64,000 nucleotides of DNA from Promethearchaeota archaeon (GTDB lineage: Archaea > Asgardarchaeota > Lokiarchaeia > Sigyniarchaeales > SOKP01): NCBI GenBank assembly GCA_016840085.1, contig JAEOTA010000004.1, positions 96,001 through 160,000 on the forward strand. The letters run 5' to 3'. This document shows positions 50,969-60,989 of the stretch, piece by piece (position 1 is the first letter of the stretch; the number at the start of each line of letters is the position of its first letter). Both the position numbers and the translations under genes were made by a program. Below the pieces are notes generated by a model. That model saw only the letters and a list, made by a program, of their open reading frames with translations. It was not told where the DNA came from and made no database searches.

Positions 50969-52258
50969 ATGAGTGATAATGTTTATATTATAGGAGTCGG
51001 TCACATCAAATTCGGTAAGAACCCTGACAAAACTATGAAAAGCATGACTGGTGAATCAGTTGAGTTAGCGTTAAAAGATTGTGAGCTGGATAAAAAAGAA
51101 ATTCAGGCGGCATGGTTTAGTAATTCTGGTTGGGGTCAATCAGAATTCCAACATTGCATACGTGGGCAAGTTGCTTTAAGTGCAAATGGTATTGACAGAA
51201 TCCCAATAATCAACGTGGAAAATGCTTGTGCGGGGGGGACTACTGCATTCCATGGGGCATGGACAGGAATTAAAGCAGGATTATATGATCTTACCTTAGC
51301 AGTCGGAACAGAAAAAATGTATTTTGAAAAACCTCCTTTAGGTGCTCGTGCTAGTGGAGGTGGACCTTTAGGTGGTCGAATGAGTGGATTTATATCCGGA
51401 ACAGATGTTGAAGCCACTTTAAAAATGATAGAGCAATTGAAAAAGCAAATTGCAGAGGGGAATAAGCAAGCTACAAAGGAAAAAGCTGGAAAAGATGAGA
51501 AATCAAAAAAGAAGGATCACAGTATTTTTATGGATTTCTATGCAATGGGCGCTCGACATCATATGCAAACATATGGAACTACTCAACGACAAATTGCAAT
51601 CATTGCAGCGAAAAATCATAATAATTCTACAATGAATCCCTTAGCGCAATATACATTCCCTCAAACTGTAGAACAAGTTATGAATGATTATGAAGTAGCT
51701 TATCCTTTAACAAGAGCCATGTGTGCTCCCATTGGTGATGGATCTGCTGCGGCTATACTATGTTCTGCGAAATACTTAGAAGAGAATCCACATTATAAAG
51801 AAAGAGCTGTTAAAGTACGTGCTTCTATTTTGAGATCTGGTTCATGGCAAAGATATGATGCAGTCAAACTTGCTTCTACTGCTGCTTATGAAATGGCTGG
51901 TCTTGGACCAGAAGATATAAATGTAGCAGAAGTTCATGATGCTACAGCTTATGCAGAACTAGATTTAATTGAAAGGTTAGGGTTCTGTCCAGTTGGGAAA
52001 GGGGGTCCATTTGTAGAAAGTGGTGCAACTGAATTAGATGGAAAAATTCCTGTTAATACTAGTGGTGGTTTATTAGCTCGGGGACATCCAATTGGAGCTT
52101 CTGGTCTTGCTCAAATATATGAAATGATTACGCAGCTACGTGGAGAAGCTGGTAAGAGGCAAGTTAAAGATCCTAAAATAGCTTTAACTCATAATGGAGG
52201 AGGTAATTTAGGTCCTGGAGAAGCAGCACTTTGTGTCCATATTTTTGAGAAACTCTAA
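50969..52258 (+). CDS. Thiolase family protein (SCP2/type II-like)
   Basis: NVENACAGG, AEVHDA, NTSGGLLARGHPIGASG, HNGGG. Confidence 0.93.
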   Translation: MSDNVYIIGVGHIKFGKNPDKTMKSMTGESVELALKDCELDKKEIQAAWFSNSGWGQSEFQHCIRGQVALSANGIDRIPIINVENACAGGTTAFHGAWTGIKAGLYDLTLAVGTEKMYFEKPPLGARASGGGPLGGRMSGFISGTDVEATLKMIEQLKKQIAEGNKQATKEKAGKDEKSKKKDHSIFMDFYAMGARHHMQTYGTTQRQIAIIAAKNHNNSTMNPLAQYTFPQTVEQVMNDYEVAYPLTRAMCAPIGDGSAAAILCSAKYLEENPHYKERAVKVRASILRSGSWQRYDAVKLASTAAYEMAGLGPEDINVAEVHDATAYAELDLIERLGFCPVGKGGPFVESGATELDGKIPVNTSGGLLARGHPIGASGLAQIYEMITQLRGEAGKRQVKDPKIALTHNGGGNLGPGEAALCVHIFEKL

Positions 52259-52390
52259 GTAATTTCTTTTTTATTCTTTTATATCTAATTTTACGAATTT
52301 TATCTATTTAAAAACTGAAAATAATTTTTCATGTATCTTGTTTCTAATTCTTAATACTTACCAAGAAACTCTGTATTATTTAAAAGGTAG

Positions 52391-53224
52391 TTATGTTCGA
52401 GCAATAGGAACCAATAATTTCTTTTCTTTTTTACTTCTAATTTTTTTCCCTAAGAAGGGTAATACTTCTTTTTGAAGTATATATAAATAAGGAGTCCCTT
52501 GATTGAATAAGAAGAATAACTCAAAAACAAAATATATTAATCCCATTGGGCGTATTTGAAAGATGTAAAGTGGTAATACCATGAATAATGATTCAAGGAA
52601 ACCAATTAAGAAAACATAACCAAACAGCTTGTAATCTCTCTTTCTTAACTTTCCACTTCCATATATTATAAAAAATAAAATATAACCTGCAATAACGTTT
52701 ACAATCCACGCGATGATCTGGGTGTCCATATATCTGATAGTATACACTTCTGTATCATTGATGGGAAATAATTTTGAAAGTAGAGGTATAAGCATCCAAG
52801 AACCAAAGAATAAACTTGTATATAAAGCCATCTCCTTGTAATTTTTCTTATCATAGTTCTCAAACATTATCCAGACCCATCCAAAAGCAAAAAACGAATA
52901 AGAAAAGCACATCATGAAATCTGCCCCAAATTTTACCCAGAAATATTCCCCAATAGGGTGAGGCATCTTAATATCTCCGATCCAGTATTCTCGAATTGTA
53001 GTACCTGGAGGATAATTAGGTCCAGCAGGAGCATTCCACCAAATTATGACATCTATAAAGTAAACAATAATACCAGTGAAAATACCATATTTAATTGGAT
53101 TCCATTTTTTCTGCTTTATAAGAACGCTTAGCCAAATTGCAAGAAAGATCGCATCAAAATAAATATAATCATATTCGAATTTTCTTGACGCTTGATTTAA
53201 AGATTCAAGAAGAGTATTTAGTAT
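52391..53224 (-). CDS. Multi-pass membrane protein, probable ATA start
   Basis: The frame is open 86 codons upstream of the track ATG (two more TMs), with no ATG/GTG/TTG before the in-frame stop. AGGATGA RBS precedes ATA at 53224. Confidence 0.7.
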   Translation of the reverse strand: MLNTLLESLNQASRKFEYDYIYFDAIFLAIWLSVLIKQKKWNPIKYGIFTGIIVYFIDVIIWWNAPAGPNYPPGTTIREYWIGDIKMPHPIGEYFWVKFGADFMMCFSYSFFAFGWVWIMFENYDKKNYKEMALYTSLFFGSWMLIPLLSKLFPINDTEVYTIRYMDTQIIAWIVNVIAGYILFFIIYGSGKLRKRDYKLFGYVFLIGFLESLFMVLPLYIFQIRPMGLIYFVFELFFLFNQGTPYLYILQKEVLPFLGKKIRSKKEKKLLVPIART

Positions 53225-53345
53225 GATACTATCATCCTTCTCTTTTTATAAGGCGATAGATTGAATAAATATTAAAACTATATAAAATATATGAATTTTA
53301 AAATAAAATGAAAACTAGCTTTTATATCGCTTTTATCTTTCTTTT

Positions 53346-53426
53346 ATAATAAGTTAAATTAGAAATAGAGTAAAAAAATTTTTAATTTCTTTAAACGTAA
53401 GCTTTTAATTCTTTTTTTAGCTTGTA
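53346..53426 (+). repeat. Left copy of ~81-bp island-bounding direct repeat (att-like)
   Basis: Matches 62828-62909 with 6 mismatches and 1 gap; encodes YKLKKELKAYV* on the minus strand. Confidence 0.85.
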
Positions 53427-53574
53427 GAAAATTTTCCTAATCTTTAAAAATTAAGATTTTCTCAGACTATATAAAAATAAAAATCAAATCAATTTAATTA
53501 AATGATCAACAATAATTAATTAGAGAATTAAGTTTTGTTTTAATTCTCATTTATTACCAAAATAGGATTAAATA

Positions 53575-54366
53575 ATGCATTTCAAAAAAAGGCATGATTT
53601 TAGACACAAGGTTTTCAAGAATCCCCCTATAATTGAAGCTCTATTTGAACTTAGATGGAAAGTCAGAGAAGAAGGAGAACCTCCAATTATGTTAATAGAT
53701 AAAAAATTTAAGTTTTTTCCTGGAAGATTCTACGAATATATTAAAAATGATTATCCAGAAGTTGAGGTTCTTCAAAATTCTAGAATACCTGATGATGTAG
53801 ATGAATTTTTACCACGATTTAGATTCAGAAAAAAACCAAACTCATATCCTTTGATACAAATTGGACCTGGTATAATTACTATTAATTTTGATAAAAACTT
53901 TACTCAAGAACGGTTTTTTAACACTTGTCTGGAAGTATTAAAAATTCTTTTTGAAGTTTTAACAGACATTGAATTAAAGGAGGTCATTTTACATTATATT
54001 GATGGTTTTATATTTGATTATGAAAGAAATAATGCTTTTCATTATCTCGAAGAAAATTTGTCAACTTACTTTAAATTTAATGAAGATTTATTCGAAAACA
54101 CTAAAATTAATTCAATACCCATCAAGTTTCATCTTGAAGCTAATTTCCATGTAGAAGAACCTCCTGGATATTTTATGTGTCAATTTAGAAGTGGAAAGAA
54201 AAGAATTGAAAAAGAAAAAATTCTATTAATGGATACAATCTTCCGAAGTTTTGGTGAAGATCTTCCAAAAAAAGAAGAGCTTGATAATTGGTTATATAAT
54301 GCTGATGAATTAATCCATAATTGGTTTTTAAAAATGATTGATAAAATTAAATATAAATTTGAATGA
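53575..54366 (+). CDS. TIGR04255-like protein
   Basis: FKNPPIIEALFELRW...RFRF...LIQIGPGIITIN...LHYID...LMDT...H.WF. Confidence 0.75.
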   Translation: MHFKKRHDFRHKVFKNPPIIEALFELRWKVREEGEPPIMLIDKKFKFFPGRFYEYIKNDYPEVEVLQNSRIPDDVDEFLPRFRFRKKPNSYPLIQIGPGIITINFDKNFTQERFFNTCLEVLKILFEVLTDIELKEVILHYIDGFIFDYERNNAFHYLEENLSTYFKFNEDLFENTKINSIPIKFHLEANFHVEEPPGYFMCQFRSGKKRIEKEKILLMDTIFRSFGEDLPKKEELDNWLYNADELIHNWFLKMIDKIKYKFE

Positions 54367-54369
54367 AAA

Positions 54370-54864
54370 ATGAATAGTCCATTGTTGAAAATATCGGATG
54401 AAGGAAAAACCGTCTGGGATACAACAACCAGTGAATTTGAAGAACCGAAAGAAGATATATCTTGGATAAAATCTAGTTATGTCCTAAAAGATCTTATTGA
54501 AAATTGGGAACTAATCAATGAATTTAAAGAATCGAAAGAAGATATATCCTGGATAGGAACTAGTTATATCTTAAAGGATCTTATCGAAGATCGGAAGCCA
54601 TTCAGGATCAATAAAGAAATCTTAAAATTTGCTTGTATACTGCTTACATCTTCATTTGTTGCTCTTGGATTTGAAGATGACGCTTTTCAAACATTAGTAA
54701 AAGAAAATCCTTTAAAGAATGTATTACCTAAAATTATACCTACTCAAATTGCATTAATTAAAATCAAGGCATATAAAGAAGAGGTCAAAAAAAAAATAGA
54801 AAAACGAAATAAAGAAGAATACGAAAAACTTGAAAAATTATCATTAAAACCTTTTGATGTTTAA
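54370..54864 (+). CDS. Hypothetical protein with a 29-aa tandem repeat
   Basis: EF.E.KEDISWI..SY.LKDLIE occurs twice (87-bp period). Confidence 0.7.
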   Translation: MNSPLLKISDEGKTVWDTTTSEFEEPKEDISWIKSSYVLKDLIENWELINEFKESKEDISWIGTSYILKDLIEDRKPFRINKEILKFACILLTSSFVALGFEDDAFQTLVKENPLKNVLPKIIPTQIALIKIKAYKEEVKKKIEKRNKEEYEKLEKLSLKPFDV

Positions 54865-55474
54865 AATGGTATATGATTCGGTATCATTAGAAGATAATTT
54901 AAGACAAGGTGACATATTTTGGAATCTACCTTATGTATATTTTAATTTGGATGAATTATTCGTATTTTATAATGAATCTTTGTTTGAGGAAACTTCTTGG
55001 ATAGATTTGAAAAAAGAAGAGGTTCAAATTTTAGCTAGTGCTGAAAGAACCTATGCAATAATCTTATCCCAAGATTGTGATTGCATAAGAGAAGAATTTA
55101 TCTCATTATTTATAGTCTCAGATTGGGACAAAGCATATACATCTAGTAAAAAATGGATGCTAGAAATTATCAATCTTAATAGATCGAGCCCTTCAAAAAT
55201 GTATTTACCACATGACAAGAATTTTAATATTGAAAAAAAAATGCATATTGATTTTTGTCAGATTTTTCAAATAAAACGAGAAAATCTTGAAAATCTTAAG
55301 AATCTAAGGATTTGTCGGTTAAATGAGGAAGCTATGGAACATTTTCGTGAAAAAGTAGCATATTATTTTCATAGGTATGCTTTTGATGAATATTATCCAT
55401 TAGATAAGAATGAAATGGATAAATATGAGAAATGGCGAAATGAGAAATGTGAAAGAAGAATATATCAAAAATAA
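54854..55474 (+). CDS. Hypothetical protein, QGDI...SQDCD family (PemK/MazF-like fold suspected)
   Basis: LRQGDIF, AIILSQDCD, IDF.QIF.I, RICRL....EHFR.K...YF.R. Confidence 0.65.
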   Translation: MMFKMVYDSVSLEDNLRQGDIFWNLPYVYFNLDELFVFYNESLFEETSWIDLKKEEVQILASAERTYAIILSQDCDCIREEFISLFIVSDWDKAYTSSKKWMLEIINLNRSSPSKMYLPHDKNFNIEKKMHIDFCQIFQIKRENLENLKNLRICRLNEEAMEHFREKVAYYFHRYAFDEYYPLDKNEMDKYEKWRNEKCERRIYQK

Positions 55475-55779
55475 AATTATATTTATTTTAACTGATACCA
55501 ATTGTGTTTGTCTTTAATTAATATTCTATTTCTAAGAGTAGATTATTAGTTTTACTCAAATATAATACATTTTCCTTAATATTTAAGAGATATCGAGTTA
55601 AATATTTAATATTCTAACTTCTCTAATTATTTTAGAGTCAAATTACATAAAGGATCAATAGAATCTCCAAAATGGGGGTCTAGGATTAATAACTCTTAAA
55701 TTAACCAACCAATTTTTTATATGTTCTATTTGTTTCTATTTATCTTATCTTCTCTAAGATTAAAAATTTTTTTTATCGT

Positions 55780-56060
55780 TTTTTAACTTTTTTTACACTT
55801 TTAGCTCTTTCTTCTCAAAAATTAACTAATTTTATTAAATCAGAGTAGAGATTTTGAATCTCTTTTTTATTAAAACCGAGTTATCTTAGGATTAACTCAT
55901 CCATTTTTAACCTATTTTCATTATTAATTTCATCTTCAATATTTTTTGGCTTATCTTTAAATAATTCGTCAATAACTTCAAGAAAATCTTGTAAAATACC
56001 ATCTTTTTCTAAATTTTTTTGAAGCCATATTGGATCTATAATGGGTACTTTTTCATTTTA
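55780..56060 (-). pseudogene. Remnant of the C-terminus of a type IIG/Eco57I-like restriction-modification enzyme
   Basis: KVPIIDP...NRLKMDELILR*LGFNKKEIQNLYSDLIKLVNF / RAKSV, with a stop and a frameshift. Confidence 0.45.
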
Positions 56061-56474
56061 TTTTCAAGAAATTGAAATATTAATTCTAAATATTTCCTTG
56101 ATTCCCTAAATATACCCCATTTGCCAAAAATTTCTTCAATTTTTATCAATAAATCACCGAATTTGTAAAAGGTTATTTAGAATTAACTGAGGATATGGCC
56201 TTTGGTCTCTTGGTTATAAGTACACAAATCTCTCAAATGCGTAATATACCACTAGAATAATATTTAATCTCAAAATAAGCTCATAAAGGATTAAAACACT
56301 ACAATAATTCTTCTTTATTTAGATTCTGATTTTAATTTGCTCCTATTATTCTATTGATTGGTAGTACTATAGATTATTTTATATAAATGTATATACTAAT
56401 TATAATAAAAGATAAAAAACTTACATTTTTGTTTAGTCAAATTGGTTAAGTTATTTATAAATATTATAACAAGA

Positions 56475-56615
56475 ATGTCCAGACAAATTGAAATGCAATT
56501 ATCAAATGACCAAAAATTACTTCTTCCCGTCGAGTTAAGATACTTATTAGACAACCATGTTCAGGAAATAATAAGATTTTATGAAATCATCGAAAAAAAT
56601 CCTAGGACAAAATGA
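56475..56615 (+). CDS. Small ORF (46 aa), possibly a TPR fragment
   Basis: MSRQIEMQ...IIRFYEIIEKNPRTK*, directly upstream of the TPR gene. Confidence 0.3.
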   Translation: MSRQIEMQLSNDQKLLLPVELRYLLDNHVQEIIRFYEIIEKNPRTK

Positions 56616-56650
56616 ATGTTAATTATTTATAAAAAAAAGGGAAACAAAAT

Positions 56651-57406
56651 ATGAGAAATGAAGCTGAAAGGTGTTTTGAAGAAGGGCTCGTTTATATTGA
56701 ACAAGAGGAATATAACAGTGCTATCTCAAGTTTATGTAAAGCTGTTGAGATAAATCCAAATTTTTTCGAAGCTTGGTTTAGGCTTGGGGTTGCCTATAAA
56801 TATAAAAGAGACTATGAAAAAGCACTGATATGTAATATAAAAGGCTGGGAAATAAATCAAAATTCGCCTATTGAAAATGATATTTTTGAATGTTATAATG
56901 AACTAATAGAATTAAACTCGAAGAATTTTAAAGTTTGGTATAAAATGGGGGATTTTCAATCTAAAATAGGAATGTATGAGAAAGCAATTGAGTCTTATGA
57001 TAGAACTATAGATATATTAAGACGATCAAATAGTTCAATTAAACTTAATAAGATACATACAAAGAAGGGAATTGCTTTTTATAATATTGGAGAACTTGAT
57101 TCTGCTATTAATTGTTATAATAGAGCACTAGAAATAGATAGTACTGATGATATTGCTCGCAAATATAAAATAGAACTACTTAAAGAACTAAAGAAAAAGA
57201 AAAGATGTTCTAAATGTGGAGCACCATTAAACTTTAAGGTTGGACAGTTAGTTGGCAAACGATTGTATGTAATCATGGATATTGATGATTTAAGATTTTT
57301 AATGCTGAAAGTGAAAAGTACCGTGGATTCTAAACCTTCCTACGAATACGAGAAATTTAAAAAGATTGAGGAAAAGTACAAAAAAATAAATGATGAAGTG
57401 TATTGA
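56651..57406 (+). CDS. Tetratricopeptide repeat protein
   Basis: Repeats such as AISSLCKAVEINPNFFEAWFRLG and AINCYNRALEID; CSKCG near the C-terminus. Confidence 0.85.
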   Translation: MRNEAERCFEEGLVYIEQEEYNSAISSLCKAVEINPNFFEAWFRLGVAYKYKRDYEKALICNIKGWEINQNSPIENDIFECYNELIELNSKNFKVWYKMGDFQSKIGMYEKAIESYDRTIDILRRSNSSIKLNKIHTKKGIAFYNIGELDSAINCYNRALEIDSTDDIARKYKIELLKELKKKKRCSKCGAPLNFKVGQLVGKRLYVIMDIDDLRFLMLKVKSTVDSKPSYEYEKFKKIEEKYKKINDEVY

Positions 57407-57920
57407 GATGAGTGAAACTACATTTTATTTTATTCTTGGGGGAATCATTTTTGTAGTATTTTTCATACTTATAGCTTTTGGATTAAATAAGCTAAAAAAA
57501 TTTCTAATAAAAAAAGGAAAAATTAAACGTCCGACGAGTTTTATATGTATTGATGGAGATAAAGTTAGGTCTAAAGGAGAATTAATTATAGACAATCACC
57601 TTCATCGATTAGGTATCCAACACATTTACGAAGGAAAAATAAAAGTCCGTGGAAACCCTATTAAATACGACTGGTATTTACCAGATTATAAAGTATATAT
57701 CGAATACTGGGGTTTTTATGGTAAATTATATCAGAGAAGAAAACAAGAAAAAATGAAATTATATCAGAAAGGAAAACTTAACTTAGTTTCTATTGAAGAT
57801 ATTATGTTTACTGATATTTACCCAAATTTAGAAAATGAGCTAAAGAAACATATAAACTTGAAAGAAATTAACATACGGCATTGTCCAAATTGTGGAGAAC
57901 AATTAGATGAAAGATTTTAA
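57390..57920 (+). CDS. N-terminal TM + PD-(D/E)xK-like nuclease domain + zinc knuckle
   Basis: DGDKVRSKGELIIDN.L...YE...DWYLP...YIEYWG...K..LY; CPNCG at the C-terminus. Likely start ATG ~57408. Confidence 0.75.
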   Translation: MMKCIEMSETTFYFILGGIIFVVFFILIAFGLNKLKKFLIKKGKIKRPTSFICIDGDKVRSKGELIIDNHLHRLGIQHIYEGKIKVRGNPIKYDWYLPDYKVYIEYWGFYGKLYQRRKQEKMKLYQKGKLNLVSIEDIMFTDIYPNLENELKKHINLKEINIRHCPNCGEQLDERF

Positions 57921-58035
57921 GTACCGAATTTTATCCGAACGATAAAATCGAGTGATTACACAGAAAAAAATAATCTTTATATTTATATCAATATACTAAC
58001 AATATAATTTATTTTACAAAAAAGGCGAAGACAAA

Positions 58036-58716
58036 ATGGTATGGTATTATTGCGAATTTTGTAATAGAAATGTAAATATACCTTCAAATCGGCCTCCCAC
58101 TTGCAAGGATTGTGGCACATTTTTAAGCAGATTTACCATTACTAAAGAAGAAAAAAAGATAAAACAAAAAGAAAGAACAACTTATTGCAATAATTGTAAT
58201 ATGATGGTATTTAGTGTTCCAATTCATTTAATATGCGACACTCTTACTAAAGGATCACAATTACAAATCTCTACTATTCTCACACGCCCTAAAACAGTTT
58301 ACTTTAAGGAAGATAGACGTTATAAATCAGGATATAAAATGACCGCTGAAGGTCAAGAGCAGTGTTTTAAATATTGTCTCTATACGTTTTTAGTTATTAT
58401 AACCTTTGGAATTGCCCTTATTCCAATCCTTTATTATAGTAGCAAACAAAGAAAAAAAAGGGAACAGGCAGCTCAAGGCATTTATGAAGTTACTCAAAAA
58501 TCTATAAATACCTTTCTAGCATTACAACAACAAGGATTTCAATTTGTTTGCAGACGTTGTTACAATGGAGTAAAATTAGGGAAAAAATATCCATCTGATA
58601 TTATAGAAAGCGAAAAACCAGAGGCAGAAGTTCTTATTTGTGAATTTTGTGGAACTCAAATTAAAAAAGATGCAAAATTTTGTATTGGATGCGGAGCTCG
58701 TTTTTTTACCAATTAG
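58036..58716 (+). CDS. Zinc-ribbon membrane protein
   Basis: Multiple CxxC motifs, one TM, C-terminal CEFCG...FCIGCG. Confidence 0.75.
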   Translation: MVWYYCEFCNRNVNIPSNRPPTCKDCGTFLSRFTITKEEKKIKQKERTTYCNNCNMMVFSVPIHLICDTLTKGSQLQISTILTRPKTVYFKEDRRYKSGYKMTAEGQEQCFKYCLYTFLVIITFGIALIPILYYSSKQRKKREQAAQGIYEVTQKSINTFLALQQQGFQFVCRRCYNGVKLGKKYPSDIIESEKPEAEVLICEFCGTQIKKDAKFCIGCGARFFTN

Positions 58717-59313
58717 GTACTTAAAAAGTTTTTCAAAAAAACCTGATCCTTTCCCTCTTATTTTTAATTAATGAGACTGGAATCTTAAATATTCAAGTAT
58801 TCTGACAAAAATATAGAATCTTATAACGAATTATTAAAAATGCCTAGAATCTAAACACTTCAGTATAAAGAATTGGAAATTCCTGTGAGTTTTAAGAAAT
58901 TTTCTCGAGACACATTATATGGAAAAAGTACAGTAGAAAAGAGGGGAGAGGGAAATTATATCATGTGGACATGATATAACATCATGCAAGTCATGCCAAT
59001 AGGACATCAATTCTATATATCTTTCTATCTATTAAATAATGAAAATTCTTATTTTTTTTTTATATAAAAATTTGAAAACCAAGACCCTCTGCTATTTAAA
59101 TATAACTCTCGATTTTTAATATTTCACTCAATATTATCTTAATTTAAGGTTAAGTGCACATTTTTATATATAGAGAATAATATATTAAATTGTAATTTAA
59201 AATTCATTAGATAATATATTACAATTATCGAATTAATACATAGAATCATAAGATTTAAATATTAAAAAAATGAATTATTTAATTAAATATTTAACAAAAG
59301 AGTACAATTCATA

Positions 59314-60393
59314 ATGTCGACAAGGAATTTTATCGAATTTTATAGGGAAAAGCGTGACTATCATAAATATCAACTTGAAATTAACAATTATCTTAATAAA
59401 ATAGTCCATGAATTCACCATAGCTTATAAAGGAATCACAAATTGTCGAATACGTGAAGTATTCTGGGATTTAGTCGATAATAGAATTAATTATGACCCAC
59501 GAAATTGGTATCATGTGTTCGCGAATCTCATGGGAAAATTGACTGTTTTTGAAATATTATTTGTTGAAAAAAAAATAAATAAATTTCATAAAGATGCCCG
59601 TAATGAATGGGTAGGATACTTAGCAAAATTACTCATACCATACGAACCTATGATACCCAATAAATTCTTCGTTGACTTAATTCAGAACATGCCCATCCCT
59701 GATTATGAATCCGTGATAGAATTATATGAGGAGGGAATGATCTTGTTTAATGAAAATCTTAAAGAAATATTGTCTGATCCAGTTATTTCACCTCATGAAA
59801 AGATCTTGAAATTTAAAGCATATTTTATGAATTTATTTGATGTTTTCTTAGGGAAGTGTTCATTTCTTGATCTAGAATTATCCAGACATGGAGAGACTAC
59901 TCACATAAACAGTCTACATGAAATTTTTCAATTAAATAACTCTAATAAAAGAACACCACCTAAATTATTAAGCGAAATGTTAATTGTGTTGAATCACATT
60001 AGAAATGCCATTTCACATGGATCTAAGGCAGGGATTGTACATTTTAAGGAAAAAGGAGTAAGAGTAAAGGATTTCAAGAGAAATGGAAAATTATCATTTG
60101 AGCACTTTTTTTCATTTGAAGAATTGTATGACTATTATTACCTTCTATTAATTTTTTTAATGGAATTCGAATTAATAGCATTGATGCTGTCTTTGCATAG
60201 AGTTATAAGAGAGTTGAATATTAAATATAATAAAAGATTTAAATGTAGTAAATGTGGCTATGAAAATGTGGTCTTTGTGTACCCCAATAGGACAAATGTA
60301 GTCTGTGATAAATGTAAAACACGTTATCGCATCATTGATAATGATAAAGAAATTAAAGTACCAGAAGAAGAATTAGGAGGCATAACAAAGTAA
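59314..60393 (+). CDS. HEPN-motif protein with C-terminal zinc ribbon
   Basis: IRNAISHG (RNxxxH) in a helical domain; CSKCG...CDKC. Confidence 0.6.
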   Translation: MSTRNFIEFYREKRDYHKYQLEINNYLNKIVHEFTIAYKGITNCRIREVFWDLVDNRINYDPRNWYHVFANLMGKLTVFEILFVEKKINKFHKDARNEWVGYLAKLLIPYEPMIPNKFFVDLIQNMPIPDYESVIELYEEGMILFNENLKEILSDPVISPHEKILKFKAYFMNLFDVFLGKCSFLDLELSRHGETTHINSLHEIFQLNNSNKRTPPKLLSEMLIVLNHIRNAISHGSKAGIVHFKEKGVRVKDFKRNGKLSFEHFFSFEELYDYYYLLLIFLMEFELIALMLSLHRVIRELNIKYNKRFKCSKCGYENVVFVYPNRTNVVCDKCKTRYRIIDNDKEIKVPEEELGGITK

Positions 60394-60418
60394 GGTTTGT
60401 TTAAGTTAAAATTTTAGA

Positions 60419-60670
60419 TTACCGTATATATCTAATTAAAAAGTCCTTAATTTTTTTTATTAATTCATCTCTACATTTAGGATTAGACCATTCTTCTGCT
60501 TTGAATAGATTCTCTTCTTCTGCTTTTATGTGGAGCCATAAATGAGCAAGTACGACATACGTCCTACTTCTAAGATCGCTAAAGTTCCGCGTCCTACAAA
60601 TTTTATTGAGAGTTTGTTGGATTAACTCCCTTCTGGCTTGTTCACACTTATAGCTTTTACTAACCATCAA
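60419..60670 (-). CDS. Small hypothetical protein
   Basis: 83-aa ORF with protein-like composition, convergent with the HEPN gene. Confidence 0.55.
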   Translation of the reverse strand: MMVSKSYKCEQARRELIQQTLNKICRTRNFSDLRSRTYVVLAHLWLHIKAEEENLFKAEEWSNPKCRDELIKKIKDFLIRYIR

Positions 60671-60866
60671 GTGTATCTAATATTTTAACATGATTTAAAT
60701 TAGATGGGTATTGTAAATTATGAATAAAAACGGGATCTAAATTTATTAATTCAAATCCTTCCTTTTTTAGAGAAGTATGAATGAATAGTATTCCCGCTTG
60801 GACAGATCATGTCAATTATATTCTTTAATATTTTGATGTAAGCATATTCTCTTTTAATCGGAAAAG

Positions 60867-60989
60867 GTGACTCCTATCAGCAAGACCTAATGGAAGGTCC
60901 AAACTAACATAGGGGGAGTAGGGCGAAATCAGCGTGTAAGAATTTACACTACCAAAAGACAAAAATCCAGGGTGTCTGATAGGAGTCAT
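60867..60989. ncRNA. Structured non-coding element (RNA or MITE-like), ~120 nt
   Basis: 13-bp perfect terminal inverted repeat TGACTCCTATCAG/CTGATAGGAGTCA; internal hairpins GACCT/AGGTC and GTGTAA/TTACAC; locally raised GC. Confidence 0.5.

Noticed and set aside
15790-57406. Other TGA-terminated genes (CDF, SDR, catalase, BpsA fusion, TIGR04255-like, TPR) as possible Sec read-through
   Set aside because: The proteins look complete, the stops lack a Cys/redox context, and no AUGA/GA hairpin was noticed downstream on manual inspection.
60867-60989. Hammerhead ribozyme
   Set aside because: GAAA is present, but the core reads CTGATAG rather than CTGANGA and the stems do not fit the topology.
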